64,000 nucleotides of DNA, from assembly GCF_038025025.1 (NCBI RefSeq), contig NW_027117342.1:372001-436000 (forward strand), in the 5' to 3' direction. This DNA is from Phyllosticta citribraziliensis. Lineage: Eukaryota. Shown one piece after another: positions 38,128-50,668 of the stretch. Numbering within the stretch: position 1 is the stretch's first letter; each line of letters begins with the position of its first letter. Made by a program: the position numbers and the translations under genes. The notes under the pieces are model-generated. The model searched no databases and was not told the origin of the DNA. It saw only the letters and a program-made list of their open reading frames with translations.

Positions 38128-38825
38128 GGACGGGATGGGGTCGGGGGTTTGCAACATCAAGACGAGCGGAGGGCTACATACTTTCAGCTTTTTCGTGTGC
38201 TCGTCATTCCAAGCTTCTCACTTGGCGGTCTTTAATGCAATTTTGGGAGCTCTTTCTGCGGTTTGCGCCTAAAATGGAAGCTTGTGTGAAGTCTTTTGTT
38301 GGTGTCGTATACTGATATTGTGCACCTTGTCTTTTTCATCGTCTAATTTGGCTCACAAAATACTTCTGCTTCTTCGATTGGCACTCTATCAAAATAAAAG
38401 TGCTCTCGACGGGAGTGATTGTTCAGTGTCGAGAGGGCTTGAGCAGGGCTGCGTCGAGCTGGTTGCCGAAGCGCACCGTATAATTCAAGGCAGAGTGAGA
38501 TTCTGGCGGTATTCTATTTCTTAGGCTCGGTGGATTATGAGGAGCCTGTGGTCGAAAAGCGTTGGCATCGAGTGAGTTGACGCAGAATTAACACTCGCCG
38601 TCGCCCACCACGCTCCGGACTGTTTACTGCCACCACGCGCACCCGAAATTCCAACCGCAGCACACTCCGAACTCTTTCCTGCTGCAACCTCTTCTCTCCA
38701 CTCAGGACCTACAGCCTCTGCCTTTTTCAGTGCACATCGACGACCCTGTCCTTCGTTTCGGAAACTTCGCCTTTCACGCTCTTCCGCAACTACAAAAACC
38801 TCACCCACCTCTGAAACATTCAAAA

Positions 38826-39719
38826 ATGTCTGCCGACCGAGAGCTCCGCGCCGACACGCCGTTCCGCGCCGCCACGTCGTTCCCCGAAGACCACCAGATA
38901 CGTCAAACTGATGCAGAAAGCCACGAGGCCATTGGCCGTTCTGGCAATGAGAGCAACGCCTCCGGAGAAGCTGGAGCAAGGCCAAGCCATGGTCCAGAGA
39001 CGAGCATCGTAACTTCAAGCCCCTCCAAGCAGTCCAGCACCGTTTCTGACACCTGATACCAGGCCGAAGAGGACGACGATGAGTGGGACCCGGCAATGCT
39101 CGAGCAAATGCTCCAACAAATGGTCGAGGAAGACGGAGACGACACCGAGACCGAAACCGACGACCGTCCCGGATGGGCCCTCATCCTGAGTCCTCCGCTC
39201 AGCACCTCAAAGCATTCCACCCCTCCCGAGGTCATGAGATGGGTCAGGTGGCCGGATGTAAACGATTCGCTCAGGTTTATATTCAACCGCCCTTGCCACT
39301 TCATTCGACAGGTTGCTTGCCTCAAGCGCGCTCTCTGGCTGGTTGACTACAATGTTGACCTTGACGCCTACCAGTTCCCGTATGGAGCAGAGGGAGAGAT
39401 GAGGGTGGAGAGGCCGCTTCCGCGCAGATATCGCGTGAGGAGGCAGAAGACTGGGCCGACGAGCCTGAGGCAAGTGGAGAGCTTGGTCTACAGCGCTTCG
39501 GACCTTCACAACATCTCGCTCAACGTCAAGATGCAACTTTGGGAGCTGGAGACCGATGGAGAGCCCCAGGAACACTTTGAATCTGAGAGTCCTGCAAGCA
39601 AAAGCGACGATGCAGGTCCTGCAGTGCCTAAACGAGCGGCGGAAGCCATTTCGACGAGCGAGGAGAGTTCCAGCGGTGTCGAGGAGTCCCAACAACGAAA
39701 GAGGGCTCGACACTCATGA
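38826..39719 (+). CDS. array core-family member 5
   Basis: A 54-nt stop-containing intron at 39009-39062 (GTAACT..CTGAC..CAG). RPGWALILSPPLSTSKHSTPPEVMRWV...ACLKRA...YQFPYGAEG...PTSLRQVE; ends QRKRARHS (NLS-like). Confidence 0.8.
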
Positions 39720-40469
39720 TCCGAGGGAAATCTCCACACTTAAGCTCGGCATCTCTCCAGTTGTTCGCTACGTTCCGAGACAACATGCCGCCGTTGAACC
39801 CATTTCGGGTGGCTGGCTTCCCTGAAACCGCCCCGGGCTTTTCGGCCGTCCTCCAACCAGAGTCCCAGGGCAACGCAAGAAAGTATTTGAGAGTTCAAGG
39901 ATGCTTGGCTTTCGTCTGTTGGTGAAGTGGCTTTTGAGCATTACCGCCTGGGCTTGCACTCACTGCTTTCGGGCAGAGCGAGGAGCAGGGACAAAACCTC
40001 TTTGGCTGAGGACGTTCCTGAAAGCCGTTCCAAGGTATGCTGAGCTGCGTCTTTAAAAATGGTGATCCTAACTAATGACTCGTAGCACCAGCTTCAACTT
40101 TCGCTGTAAAGCCACAAAAATGGGGCACCACGACACAACTTCAGACAAAGGAACTATTCCATGCGAAACGGAAGCTGTTTAATGGCGACAGTAACACTTC
40201 AAGAACCAGAGGCTTGTTCGGCATGTTCTGGGTTGGAATACGAGGCCTTCGTGTTTCGGGAAAAATGGAATGCTGGACTTTGTCTGTTCTTTGGGGACTT
40301 GTGCTTAAAATGCAACGCTCAGCACATAAATTCTTTTGGTATACGGCACAGGCGATAGCTACTACTTTGTTTCAAGGCTTCTTCGAAGTCCAATCATTCT
40401 TGGATGCTGCTCGATGGTATTGATCTCTTTGATCGCAACCGCTTGAGTGACATTCTGAGCCTTTTGACC

Positions 40470-40800
40470 CACGAGTAGCCAGTTTGGGCTCGAAGAGTAT
40501 CGTCTCGATCGCCAGGCAGAAGTACGAAAAGACTCTACGCGTACTTTCATCACGACCGGTCCTGCAAAACGACACGAAGAGCCCTCAGATATCGAAGAGA
40601 TCGGAGACGCGCAAACCTCGAGGAAAACCCTTGACGTCCAGTCCACGCAGCCGGCTTCCGAAGGCTTGAAGGCTACCAACTCAATCGATGCCACGGACCC
40701 TCTTGCTACAGAGCAGCCAGAAGGTTCCTTTTTCAGCCAAAAGTCCGATGGGGAGTTCGACGAAGAGCCTGAGCAGTTGACCGTCCAGCCACATGTGTAG
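40470..40800 (+). pseudogene. possible degenerate exon or relic of an acidic array gene
   Basis: About 110 open codons with no ATG (EEPSDIEEIGD...DGEFDEEPEQL), preceded by a possible GTATTG..CAG intron. No core motif seen. Confidence 0.25.
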
Positions 40801-42345
40801 AAGGTCGAAATCCAGTCCAGGAGCATCAGACTCTCTTTATCCTTTCGGCAAAGCCGACTTTGCAACCGCGCAATCGCTCAGTTCCATTGTCGAAGTAAAT
40901 TGAGCATTTCACGAAGTATCGCGATGGTCGATTCGCTCGGCACCCACGGTGGCCGTACATTGTTTTCAACATCAATTGCCGCAACCAGATTCGGTCAAAA
41001 AGCATAAACTACAGCAACCGCGAGAATCTTGACACAGAGACGCTTCGAGAAGGGCTGAAAGAGAACTCCCATAGAGTCTTACTGGGGCCAGAGGAGCAGT
41101 GAGCTTGCATCAGTCACTCGCGCACTCGGATGTCCCACGTTTTTCATAAGGTCCAACAGCCTACATGGGAAGGGGAAGGATGGATGTAATGTGTAAGGTT
41201 TCATGTTGATGTTTTCTTTAGATGGTCCTTTCTGGGTTTTACTTGTAAACTACTGCATAGAGCTTGGGATAATCTTCAATGGAGAGTTCAGAACCGGTTG
41301 ATGACTGCGGAGTGGCACTCTGAGAGTTGATACCAGACCGTCTTCTCAGTTCAGAGACTAAGGAGAATGACCAGTGGACATGCGGTATTATCAGCTGGCG
41401 GATCGAGACGCAAATATGAACCGAGTACTTTCACTGACGCCACAAAACTTCGTTGGTACTTACTGATCATATCTAGAATATGGGAAGCGACCAAAGCCGG
41501 CTTTACGGCCCCCGAGTCTAGCAGACACCTAAACAGTCCTTCGAACTTCATTCAATTGATTACGGGCGCAGCAATCAGTGTCAACTATGTTCACTTTTCA
41601 TTCTTTTATCCTTGATTTGCCCTTCCTCTCCGTAATGACAATCAAAGATTCTGCCAATTATTGGGCCTGGTGGTTGCTTCTCCTCCCTTATTTCAGCATT
41701 TTATATTACTTTGTGCGTAGATTTGCAACAATGCCCATAAAATTCCTTCCAGGAATGCTCTGTAGGGGTGTAGAACAAGACTGCACACCAATATCTAAGC
41801 TTAAGGAGCGAAATAGAGCATTTGGTGGTGACGTGCGTCAAAGACAGATTTCTGCGCCCCTGAAGCGCTGTATATCGAAATCAGTTTGTCAGAGTTGTGG
41901 CGTAACTGATGGGCACAGCCACGAGATGTCGAGCTGATTGAGCAGAAGACTGTGGCTCAGTGCTCAAAGCTCAAAGTGAATATCTGGGAAAGCAAGATGC
42001 ACAGCGTCGGCTGTGATTGGTCAATGGGATGAAGTGAATCAAAGTGAATTCACACCGAAGTATTGTTGTGCAAGGCCGCTCGCCATCTTCTTGCACCTCT
42101 AACTCCCAAATTCATAACAAACCCTCAAGCCATCCATCTCTCAGCTTGCTGGCTCCACACTCTTTCCTGTCTTTGAAGTTCTGAGCAACTCTATCTCTGC
42201 CCTACCTCTCTTGCAACCCATTCGACCTCGCTCTGTCTTCTTGTCTCAGCTCTCTTACCAACAACCGGCTTTTCTCCAATCGACTCCGACACAGCAACTT
42301 CGTCTTCTTTCCCTCTCGAAGTTCCGTCAATTCCCTGTATCCACC

Positions 42346-42993
42346 ATGTCTGCGGGCTACCCATCGGCTTTGGCTGCCTCTTTGAAGGACACCGACGATT
42401 GGGAGGAAGCGTTCCGCGTCTGGTGCCTCGACGAGGAGGCTCACAAGGTGGATTTCTACGCCTTCATCGACTACCCCGCCGATTGGGAGCTCGAATTCGA
42501 CGAGCAGTGTGGAGAGGACGACGACGACGCGTATGACTGGGCCGAATACCAGCCTCGCCCGCTCAGCCAGGAGCTCGACTTCGACAAGGAGGACGATCTT
42601 GACTTCGATGATGAGGTCTCAGACGATGAAGCAGGCGAGGACCCAGTTAACAACCGCCGCGACTGGTTCTCCGCCACCGCCACGGACTGCAGCTACAAGG
42701 TGCAGGACTCCGACGACGCGACCTCCAGCATGATCACGATCGTCCCGACTGCCGCGCAGAACGATGAAACCAGCTTCACCGAAGAAACTTCTCAGCCAGA
42801 ACTTTCCACCGAGTCGCAGGCCATGCTTACGGAGGAGAACCTGGTCGAACACGACGACCACATGCCTTCGCAGGACACTCACAACGCTATCGGCTCAATT
42901 TTCGACATGATCGGTCAGCTGGAGGCCCTGAATGAGCAGATGGCGGCCAATTTGGCCAAGACCAACCGTGAGGCTGGCAAGGACGAGAATTGA
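42346..42993 (+). CDS. array DW/WExxFD-module family member A (very acidic, no core domain)
   Basis: Kozak CACCATG; DDWEEAFRVWC...DWELEFDEQCG...SSMITIVPT. Confidence 0.8.
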   Translation: MSAGYPSALAASLKDTDDWEEAFRVWCLDEEAHKVDFYAFIDYPADWELEFDEQCGEDDDDAYDWAEYQPRPLSQELDFDKEDDLDFDDEVSDDEAGEDPVNNRRDWFSATATDCSYKVQDSDDATSSMITIVPTAAQNDETSFTEETSQPELSTESQAMLTEENLVEHDDHMPSQDTHNAIGSIFDMIGQLEALNEQMAANLAKTNREAGKDEN

Positions 42994-43962
42994 ACAAAGC
43001 TCGAATGTAAGCCGTGCTCCTTCTCCTAGTCCATTTGATACTCACATTCCTCCACCAGACGGCCGTCTCCGTTGTTCGGAGACAAGGTGGGACCATGGAT
43101 TCTCATGATTCTCGAGGCGTTGCGGAAGTGGAGGAACAACATGATGTCTTCGGGGTATTAGGGCATTGGTTGTCTTCATCGGGCAGGGAGTACGGGAAAT
43201 TGCTTTTGTTCCTTTGTTTTGAGATTCGGGACTTGGTTTTTGGCATACTAAGAGCTTGTAATAACTACTTCTCCTTCTTTTGCTTCTCCTTTCAGCAGTA
43301 GATGAGAGTAAACGGCGTTGGATGCTCTCGTCTTGAGACGGGGGATGATGTCTCATCAACGGGGCCAGCAGGCAGAAGAACACATCCCCAATGATGTTTT
43401 ATAGCCACAATCGCTCTCGTGGAAGGTTCTTTTTGGCTGCAGTGACTTCTATGTCAAGCAAAATTGTAGGGCAGTGACCTCCATAAAGGCATCGCGCTTC
43501 ATCCAAAAGCCGGGGAGCAGAGTCCATGACCGACGGAAAAGGAGAAGCAAGAAAGGCTATGGTGTCTGGCGACGGCACGGTCGATTGCAAGCTGTGGATT
43601 GTTTACAAGCGCGCCAAATCGGGCCTGTACTGAAGTGAGCTTTCGGCCTGAGGCTGCCATCACATTGTTCATGCTGTGGTTGACACACGCTCGCGCAGTC
43701 AGTGTTTACTTTCCTCGCTCGACGTACCGCGCCAGACCTTCCCATGTCAACTTCCAAACCTCCGACCCACGCTCTGCAAGCGCGACTGTTTACTTTTCGA
43801 GACTCCCACCTTCCCAACAACAATCGACCATCTTGGTAGACCCTTCAACTTCCCACCGCTAAGCACGACTGTACTCTTTGCTCAGCTTGGTACATCACGC
43901 TGTCTCCGCCGAGCGCCCCCTTTTGGAAGAACTTCAATCTCCTCCTTCTTTCGCTTTTCACG

Positions 43963-44983
43963 ATGTTCTACGACCGCAAGTCTCACTGTTTCTTCTCCCG
44001 CCGACTGCTACCGGTCAATCAGCAGTCGCGTGTTCCTGTTCCCCTGGGCTCAAGGCATGACCCATGGAAAGACTGGGAGGAGGACTTCCGCGAGCTGTGC
44101 AACGCCGATTCGTTGACTGTGACATTGCAGCCACAGGCCAACGAGGGGATTTCCAGTTGGGAGACCGACTTCGACGAGGTACTTCAACTGGACTTTGGAC
44201 ATCTCGCCGGTCAAATAAAGCAATGTGGCTGACCTCGACTAGGTGTGCGGTCTGGACCACGATGTCCGCGATGTGAATTTCGCACCAAAGGCTAATGGCG
44301 ACGACGAAAGCGATCATCCAACTGCTTTCTCCATCTCAGTTGACGATTCCTTCTCTGTGAGCACTGCTGGTAGCTGCAACGCCAACCATGGCTTCAAGGA
44401 CTCCATGTCAAGCATGGTCACGATCGCACCAACCATGTTCTCAATCAACGAACGCCAAGTGGAGCAGGCAACGGCGTCCTTTCTCAGTCCTGTGCAGGAT
44501 TTTGAGCGTATTTTCAACGTCTCTGAAAGGCGGCACTCTCCCCAGCAAAACTTCAACGCAGAGATCCAATCGGATGGCTTGCCAGAGCTTCCAGAGGACG
44601 CATTCGGTCGTAATTACACTTCGCTACAAACGGAGCCCGGCGTTCTCCTCTTCGATATGAAATCTCAGCAAGGCTCCGAAGAGTCAGAGAGCACCGGCAT
44701 CGACTCAAGTTCCACGGCCAGCTTCCCGACCAGTACCCTGCAGCTTACCAACGCGCTTGTAGAATGCAATCTCCCGATTGTCATCTCGAATGTTGAGAAA
44801 CCATACTCAGAGCGCACAGTGGAAGGTTTGGAGGCATCGAAGGTACTCACCGCGAAGTACCACCGTGAGGGCGCGCGTTCTCCCATTTTCTACGCGATTT
44901 ATCCACGGGAGCATTCGAACGAGCGGGTCGCAGCTATGCTGGGGCTTGAGGTATGGAGGACTTGTTGGTCGAAGCCGCCTTGA
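43963..44983 (+). CDS. array DW/WExxFD-module family member B
   Basis: Intron 44179-44242 (GTACTT..GCTGAC..TAG) restores WETDFDE|VCG. Also KDWEEDFRELC, SSMVTIAPT and C-terminal GLEVWRTCWSKP. Confidence 0.75.
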
Positions 44984-45642
44984 GCAGTTGGCTTGTCGAC
45001 GTCGTGTTTTCGCGTTCGGTGGAGGAATGTCCATTTTCCAGCGACACATTGTACAGTATGGCCGGGCCTTTGTGCAGGATGTGGCTTTCAGGGACTGGAA
45101 GATGGCCAAAGGAGACAAACAGGGCCGTTTCCATTGTCGAAATGACCTGCTGTGATGGAGCTTTGTCGAGAGCTGGTTCGCTCTTTGGGAAAATGTATCA
45201 CGGGTAAGGTCCTGGTCATTAATTACATTCGAATTCATTGCTTGAGCTCCTCTCCCATTGGTTCAATCCGCTCCCCTTCTCGGAAAGAATTCGCTGCAGA
45301 CGTTGTTGGCTCATAGAAGCACAAAACCAGGACTTGGACGAGCGATTTCGCTCTCGTTTGTGCACGTCTTCAACACCACTCCCTGGAAACAAGCTGCGAT
45401 CGCGGAGTGACAACCAAGTGGACAAACGGCTGTTGCCAGCAATGCTTGCTTGGCGCTTGCTCTCACTTTCCATGGCCACTTCTTCGCCCTCCCTGAGTTT
45501 AAAAACCCCGACGCATCTTCTGAACACAACCTCACCCAGGCATATTCCTCCATCTGTATACCACGCTCATACTACAGCTTCTCTTACCTTCTCGATTCCT
45601 TTCTCGTAACCCCACCACAATAAGGCCTTGCCTCTTTACGCA

Positions 45643-46224
45643 ATGGCCTTCATGAAGAACGCAAAGACTGCCGCCCTCGATCAGTGGACTTCGATTGACT
45701 GGGACGACGAGCTCAGAGATCTTTGCATCAAATCCAACCAAAGGAATTTCGAGCTCGCCGCATTTCTCGACACTGAGGAGTCTCAGCAAGACGACTCTTG
45801 GATCTTTATGAACAAGCCTGGCAATTCAACAGGCCACCAGTATACTTCGCACAACGACATAGATCGGGTTGATGCTCAAGATCTACGAAAGCTGGAGGGA
45901 ATCCCGCCTAACGCCACACCTGATGCTGCGTACCAAAGCATCATATTTACCAGCTCTCACAAATACGAGCGAAGCTGTGGCAAGAGCTTGGAAAGCACCG
46001 TATCTAGCGTCACCCTCTATACCGCCTTTTGTAACACGCTTGACTCCGTACGTCAAGCCTACAACGATGCCGTGACGACAGAGGTTCCGCTGGGTAGTGA
46101 GGAGGAGGCAAAGGAGCTGGAAGAGAGCAGCAAGACGCCAGCCAGAATAATCGACATGGTGAACTCTGTTGGCATGTTCTTATGGGACTGCTGGAACGAG
46201 CGGCCACTGATCCTCAATGCCTAG
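45643..46224 (+). CDS. array DW-module family member C
   Basis: IDWDDELRDLC, SSVTLYT and C-terminal GMFLWDCWNERPLIL. Confidence 0.75.
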   Translation: MAFMKNAKTAALDQWTSIDWDDELRDLCIKSNQRNFELAAFLDTEESQQDDSWIFMNKPGNSTGHQYTSHNDIDRVDAQDLRKLEGIPPNATPDAAYQSIIFTSSHKYERSCGKSLESTVSSVTLYTAFCNTLDSVRQAYNDAVTTEVPLGSEEEAKELEESSKTPARIIDMVNSVGMFLWDCWNERPLILNA

Positions 46225-46736
46225 GCATCACGTTGCGGAGTGAGCGGTGGATCATCTGTTTCCTTGGGCGGCATTTTGTCAGAATAGCTTTTACACACAT
46301 TCTTACTTTGGAGTGTCAAATTCCGTTTCTGGTTGATCGCGAGCATCGGGGCGTTGAGGCATCATCGCGTGAAGCATTACTTAGCAAGATTATCAAATGC
46401 AAAATGCGGGCTGCGTACCTTGGTTCATTTTTGACACTCCCATGGTAGATTAACACTTCTGGCACCCGACCGAGTTTTGAAAGTTGGCGCGAGCTTCTGT
46501 TGCTGCATGGCAACCAAAGCTGTTCGGCGCGCCGACGCGTGAAGCAACTGCGGCGCAAAAGCACCAACTACGCACGCGTCTTCAAAACTAAAACCTCAAC
46601 CTCAACCTCCACATATCGAAAATTCCAGTTTCGACTACGCACATCTCTACTTTCGGTTTCCATTCAACCTTACACTCAACCAACTTCGACTCAAATCTTC
46701 CCGTTTCCTCCAACTCCCACCGTTACCAACGACGCA

Positions 46737-48752
46737 ATGTCTCAGTCTACTCAGAACATGTTCGACGTGTCTGCCAGCAAGCCCGGCCTCAGCTGGGCTG
46801 ATGAAATGAATGAGTTGGCTGACGCTGACGAGTCTGGCCCTCTCCCGACGGTAAGCTTGAGCGATCTCTTCAAAAAACTTGCCTCGTGCTAACTACGAAG
46901 CTAGCTGCCCGAATGGACACCACTCCCGGCATTGAACCTGGCTGAAGAGCATGGAAACCCATCGGCTCAACCCGAAACCCTTGATGCTCCGTCCACCGAC
47001 CTCTTCGATACCAACACCTTCTACACTGAAGACTCTGCACCCGAGTCGGGAGAGGAAACAACCAGCGAGCCTGGAACCGCGGGAGTCGACGGACATTATG
47101 CTGATGGAAAGGCCTGCGGCCAAGTAGACAGTGATGAAGAGCCGCTAGCAGAGACTGAGCAGCCAGACTATTCCAGCAACGAAAATTCTTCTTCCGAAGG
47201 ATACGAATCCGGCGCATCTCAGCAGTCAACTTCCTCAGCGTCTACCGAAGACAACAACCCTATTTTGGAAGATGAAGACTCCTCAGAGAACTACTACACG
47301 GAGTCGCAGTCGGAGAACGAGCGGCAAGACACCTTCAGCACGATTTCGACCTCCAATGAGTCTGATCCCGATTCCGGCTCCTCTGAGCGCGAGGTGGATG
47401 CTTCTTCAGCGTCTGGGGACGACGAAGACCCTTCCTTCGCACCTTATCACCCAGGATGGACGAAACACCTCAGCCCCTCAATCAGTCCTCACCATTCAAC
47501 GCCCCCGGAAGTAAACAGGTGGGCGTTCTCGCCTCCCATCGGATATGCGCTTCAACGCGATTTGGACTCCTTGTATCTGGACGAAGACTGTCCAAACCTT
47601 GCAAAGCCAGCAACTTTGTCTCGTGCGCTGCTGCACACTGACAGCGATGGATTGAGTGGGTATGCATTCCCGTACGGCGCTCGGGGATTGAAGAGGCCAC
47701 TTCCGAAGCTTTTCGACCGCAGAAGGCCAGAGATTCGTCAACAATCTCAACTCTCGCATACCGAGGTGGTAGATTACAGCCAAGAAGACCTGCACATCAT
47801 CAATACGAAGGCTGCTTCACATTTCAAAAAGCATTACATTGAGGCGGCCCCAGAAATCATCGACGCAGATTCCCAGGTTTCTTACCAGTCGTCTTCCGCG
47901 CCGTCTTCCGCGCCGTCTTCCGCGCCGTCTTCCGCGTCCGACCAAGACATTTCGGAGTTTCCTTCAGGCCAGTCCGAGGATGGAGACGATCTATGGTCCC
48001 CCTTGACAGAAGAGGAGAGCCAAGGCGGTAACAGCAGTGTCGAAAGTGACGATTGCGTTTTTCAACGCGTCCTACTCAAGGAATCAGTTTGCAACCGGGG
48101 CTGCGCGAGCGAACCAGACCTTGAGGTCTACGATATCTTCAATCTCGACAACGAAGAGCGTAGTCACGCCCACTTGACCAAGGCCGCGGCACGCCGTCAA
48201 GATCCAGTAGCGTATCTCGACCTCGCGACAACTTGTTCAGCTGGAAATCAGAACTTCCTTGAGGAGCAGAACGGCTACGATTCAAGTGTCTCGGATACCA
48301 TCGACAGTCTCGAAGCTGAAGATACAGACAGTATTACGGCAGCGGTACAAGAAACCGGTATTATTGTCGAGCTCCCGCAATATTTGGCTTCAGAGTCCCA
48401 ATCCTTTGACAGTCTGTCCAATATCGATAGTATCTCTGTGAGGGGCACTAGCGACGATGGAAGTAATGGGGAGCCTGCAGAATCTAGCCAACTCGATAAC
48501 ATCTTGGACCTTGCGATCGCCACCGCCCTTCCAGGAGCCGACTTTGTCGAGGACTTCAATGATGAAGACCACCAGCGCACCCACTTGATTGCACCAGTTC
48601 AAGACCTTGGGAACGATCTCGAGAAGGACCTCCAGCATGTGGAGGACAAGGTTGGACTAGGCGCTGGGTTCTTCGGAGGAATTATGGCAGCGGGCAGGTT
48701 CCTTTGGAATTGCCTCAACGACAGGCCCCTTGTGCTCGACAACCCCTGGTAG
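46737..48752 (+). CDS. array core-family member 6 (longest; acidic/Ser-rich, with the C-terminal FLWxCxNxRP module)
   Basis: Intron 46851-46904 (GTAAGC..GCTAAC..TAG) is in frame. YHPGWTKHLSPSISPHHSTPPEVNRWAFS...YAFPYGARGLKRPLP...RQQSQL; ends GRFLWNCLNDRPLVLDNPW. (SSAP)n 12-nt repeat at 47891-47936. Confidence 0.85.
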
Positions 48753-49178
48753 GGAGGCACATGGGAAGCTTGTATACTAAGTTCGATTGTCTGTCTTGAG
48801 CCGAATTTGTCAGTCAATGGCCTCATTACTAAACCATTATTCTTTACTTCTGTGAGGCGGCCTGAAGCTTTTTTCGCTGGGAGCAGTACTCTTGAATTGT
48901 CCCTCCACAATGTCTGGAGCTTTGATGCCAAAAAATTCAGCAGCGTGGGCCTTGAAGGGAAATATCAGAGCGTGAATAGTCGGAAATCCGAGCGGTCCTT
49001 TCCATGTCACTCTGGCTGCCCAGCGGCGTATCTGCAATCTCTCTTCCAACAACGCAACCTCAGCAGATGACCAACACCGCCCAGCCTCCTTCTCTGTACC
49101 TTTATTTTCACCACTGCACTACCTGTAGTCCTTCATAACCAACCGTTCCTGGGTATATATTTCCCTACTCGTGGCAAA

Positions 49179-50087
49179 ATGGCTAACACTCAAGCCTACC
49201 ACGAGCAGTTTGGCTGGGCCAACGAGCTGGAGAAGGACGAAGAAGCAGGTTGCGCTTCACCGGTAAGTCATCTGCTTTTCTGAGGGCCACAGCGGGTGCT
49301 GAACACGAGACTCAGATGCAAATATGGAGCTGGGAGTCTCCAGACTGGAGCATCGGACCAGACGAGTACCACCGGGAGCCTAAGGTTGAGAAGTCGTCTG
49401 GAGCCGAAGTACCCATGTTGTCCAAGCCAATCGAGGACGACGAACGCGACTTCTTCGTCTCAAAATGAGGTCCACAGCGGTGCTTCGAAGCAGAAACAAG
49501 CCGACAAAGTCTCTGTAGATCTTGAAAGTATGCCTTCGACTTCAGCAAGCGGCAACACCGACAGCTCTTCGACACAGGAAACTCCAGTCTTCCAATTCAA
49601 CTCCAAGCCGTTGCCGCGGGACCATCCAGGTGGGACGACAGAAATCAGCCCGCCATTTAATCCCTTACACTCCACGTCGCCAGAAGTCAGCAAGTGGGTG
49701 CATTCAGACGGCGTTCGAAGACATCAACAACAGCCAAAACCAAAGCCTCAGCAGACCTTTTGAAACATCGCTACGAGGCCTTGAAGAAGGGCTACGGCGG
49801 CAACCTGGGCTGCAATGACTCGCTAACCCACACGCTGGACGTCGTGACGCGCATCTACGGCCTCGAGAAGCAGCTCCACGAATGGAAAGCCTCACTCCCC
49901 CCGGGCCTGTCCCGCGAGGCTGCGCGCCGCACTTGCTCAAACCGACGACTTGAATACCCCGGGATATGCGTATCTGCACGGCCCGTGGGGAGTCAAGAGA
50001 CCGCTCGCAAACACCTTTCTTCACGGGCGCCCGGAAACTCGGCAGCAGTCTCGAGTGTGGCATTGCGAGCTTGTTGGCGATGATTAG
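49179..50087 (+). pseudogene. array core-family member 7, disrupted paralogue of member 6
   Basis: First exon and intron resemble member 6 (GWANELE..P|GTAAGT). Apparent frameshift near 49445-49468. DHPGGTTEISPPFNPLHSTSPEVSKW is followed by in-frame stops (49761, 49845), then RLRAALAQTD..GYAYLHGPWGVKRPL..RPETRQQSRV. Confidence 0.7.
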
Positions 50088-50493
50088 AAGTTACAGAGCA
50101 GACACGAAGATTACCAACAGTATTTCTCCCCGTTGTATGGCGACGATGGAGGCGACACAGCGGCTTGCAAAGGGATGGCGCCTCTCAAATATTGAAGGCT
50201 ACTTTTTTGGTGTTGCGGAAGGAAAGTCGATTCCGGGCAGTCTTTCATGTGTTTTTTGGTCGTCCATCTGGCCGTTTTATGTTGGATATTTCGAAAGCTC
50301 GGGCATTTTTACGTCTTTCTACACCTCATCAGCTTGCTACATATTTTGAGTGGAGAGAAGGAGAGATTCAGCTCATTAAATATCAAAATGAACCCGAAGC
50401 GCCTTACCTTAACGTCTGCAGCACATCAATATGCAAACGCATTCGTTGTCGCCCACCCATGTATTCGACAGTGTCTGCTGGAGCAGCATTGTC

Positions 50494-50506
50494 GTTGCTT
50501 GGCAAC
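50494..50506. promoter_or_regulatory. RFX/Crt1 X-box-like imperfect palindrome GTTGCTTGGCAAC
   Basis: Resembles the GTTGCY-N-GGCAAC X-box; about 160 bp upstream of ATG 50669. Function is untested. Confidence 0.35.
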
Positions 50507-50668
50507 CAAGTCCACCACCAAAGACCTCTCCGTCCGATTTTCGGCATCTCTTGATCTTGAGCACAACAAACACACTGCCAACCACATTTTGAGCACTTTC
50601 TTGCTCACACACCCTCACAACTTTCTTCCCGGAACATTCACCGCGAGTTCTGAGTCCAATTCGACACC

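Noticed and set aside
39054..39056. In-frame TGA between ORFs 38826 and 39096 as readthrough, editing site or pseudogene
   Set aside because: It lies within a 54-nt intron with a GT donor, CTGAC branch and CAG acceptor (39009-39062).
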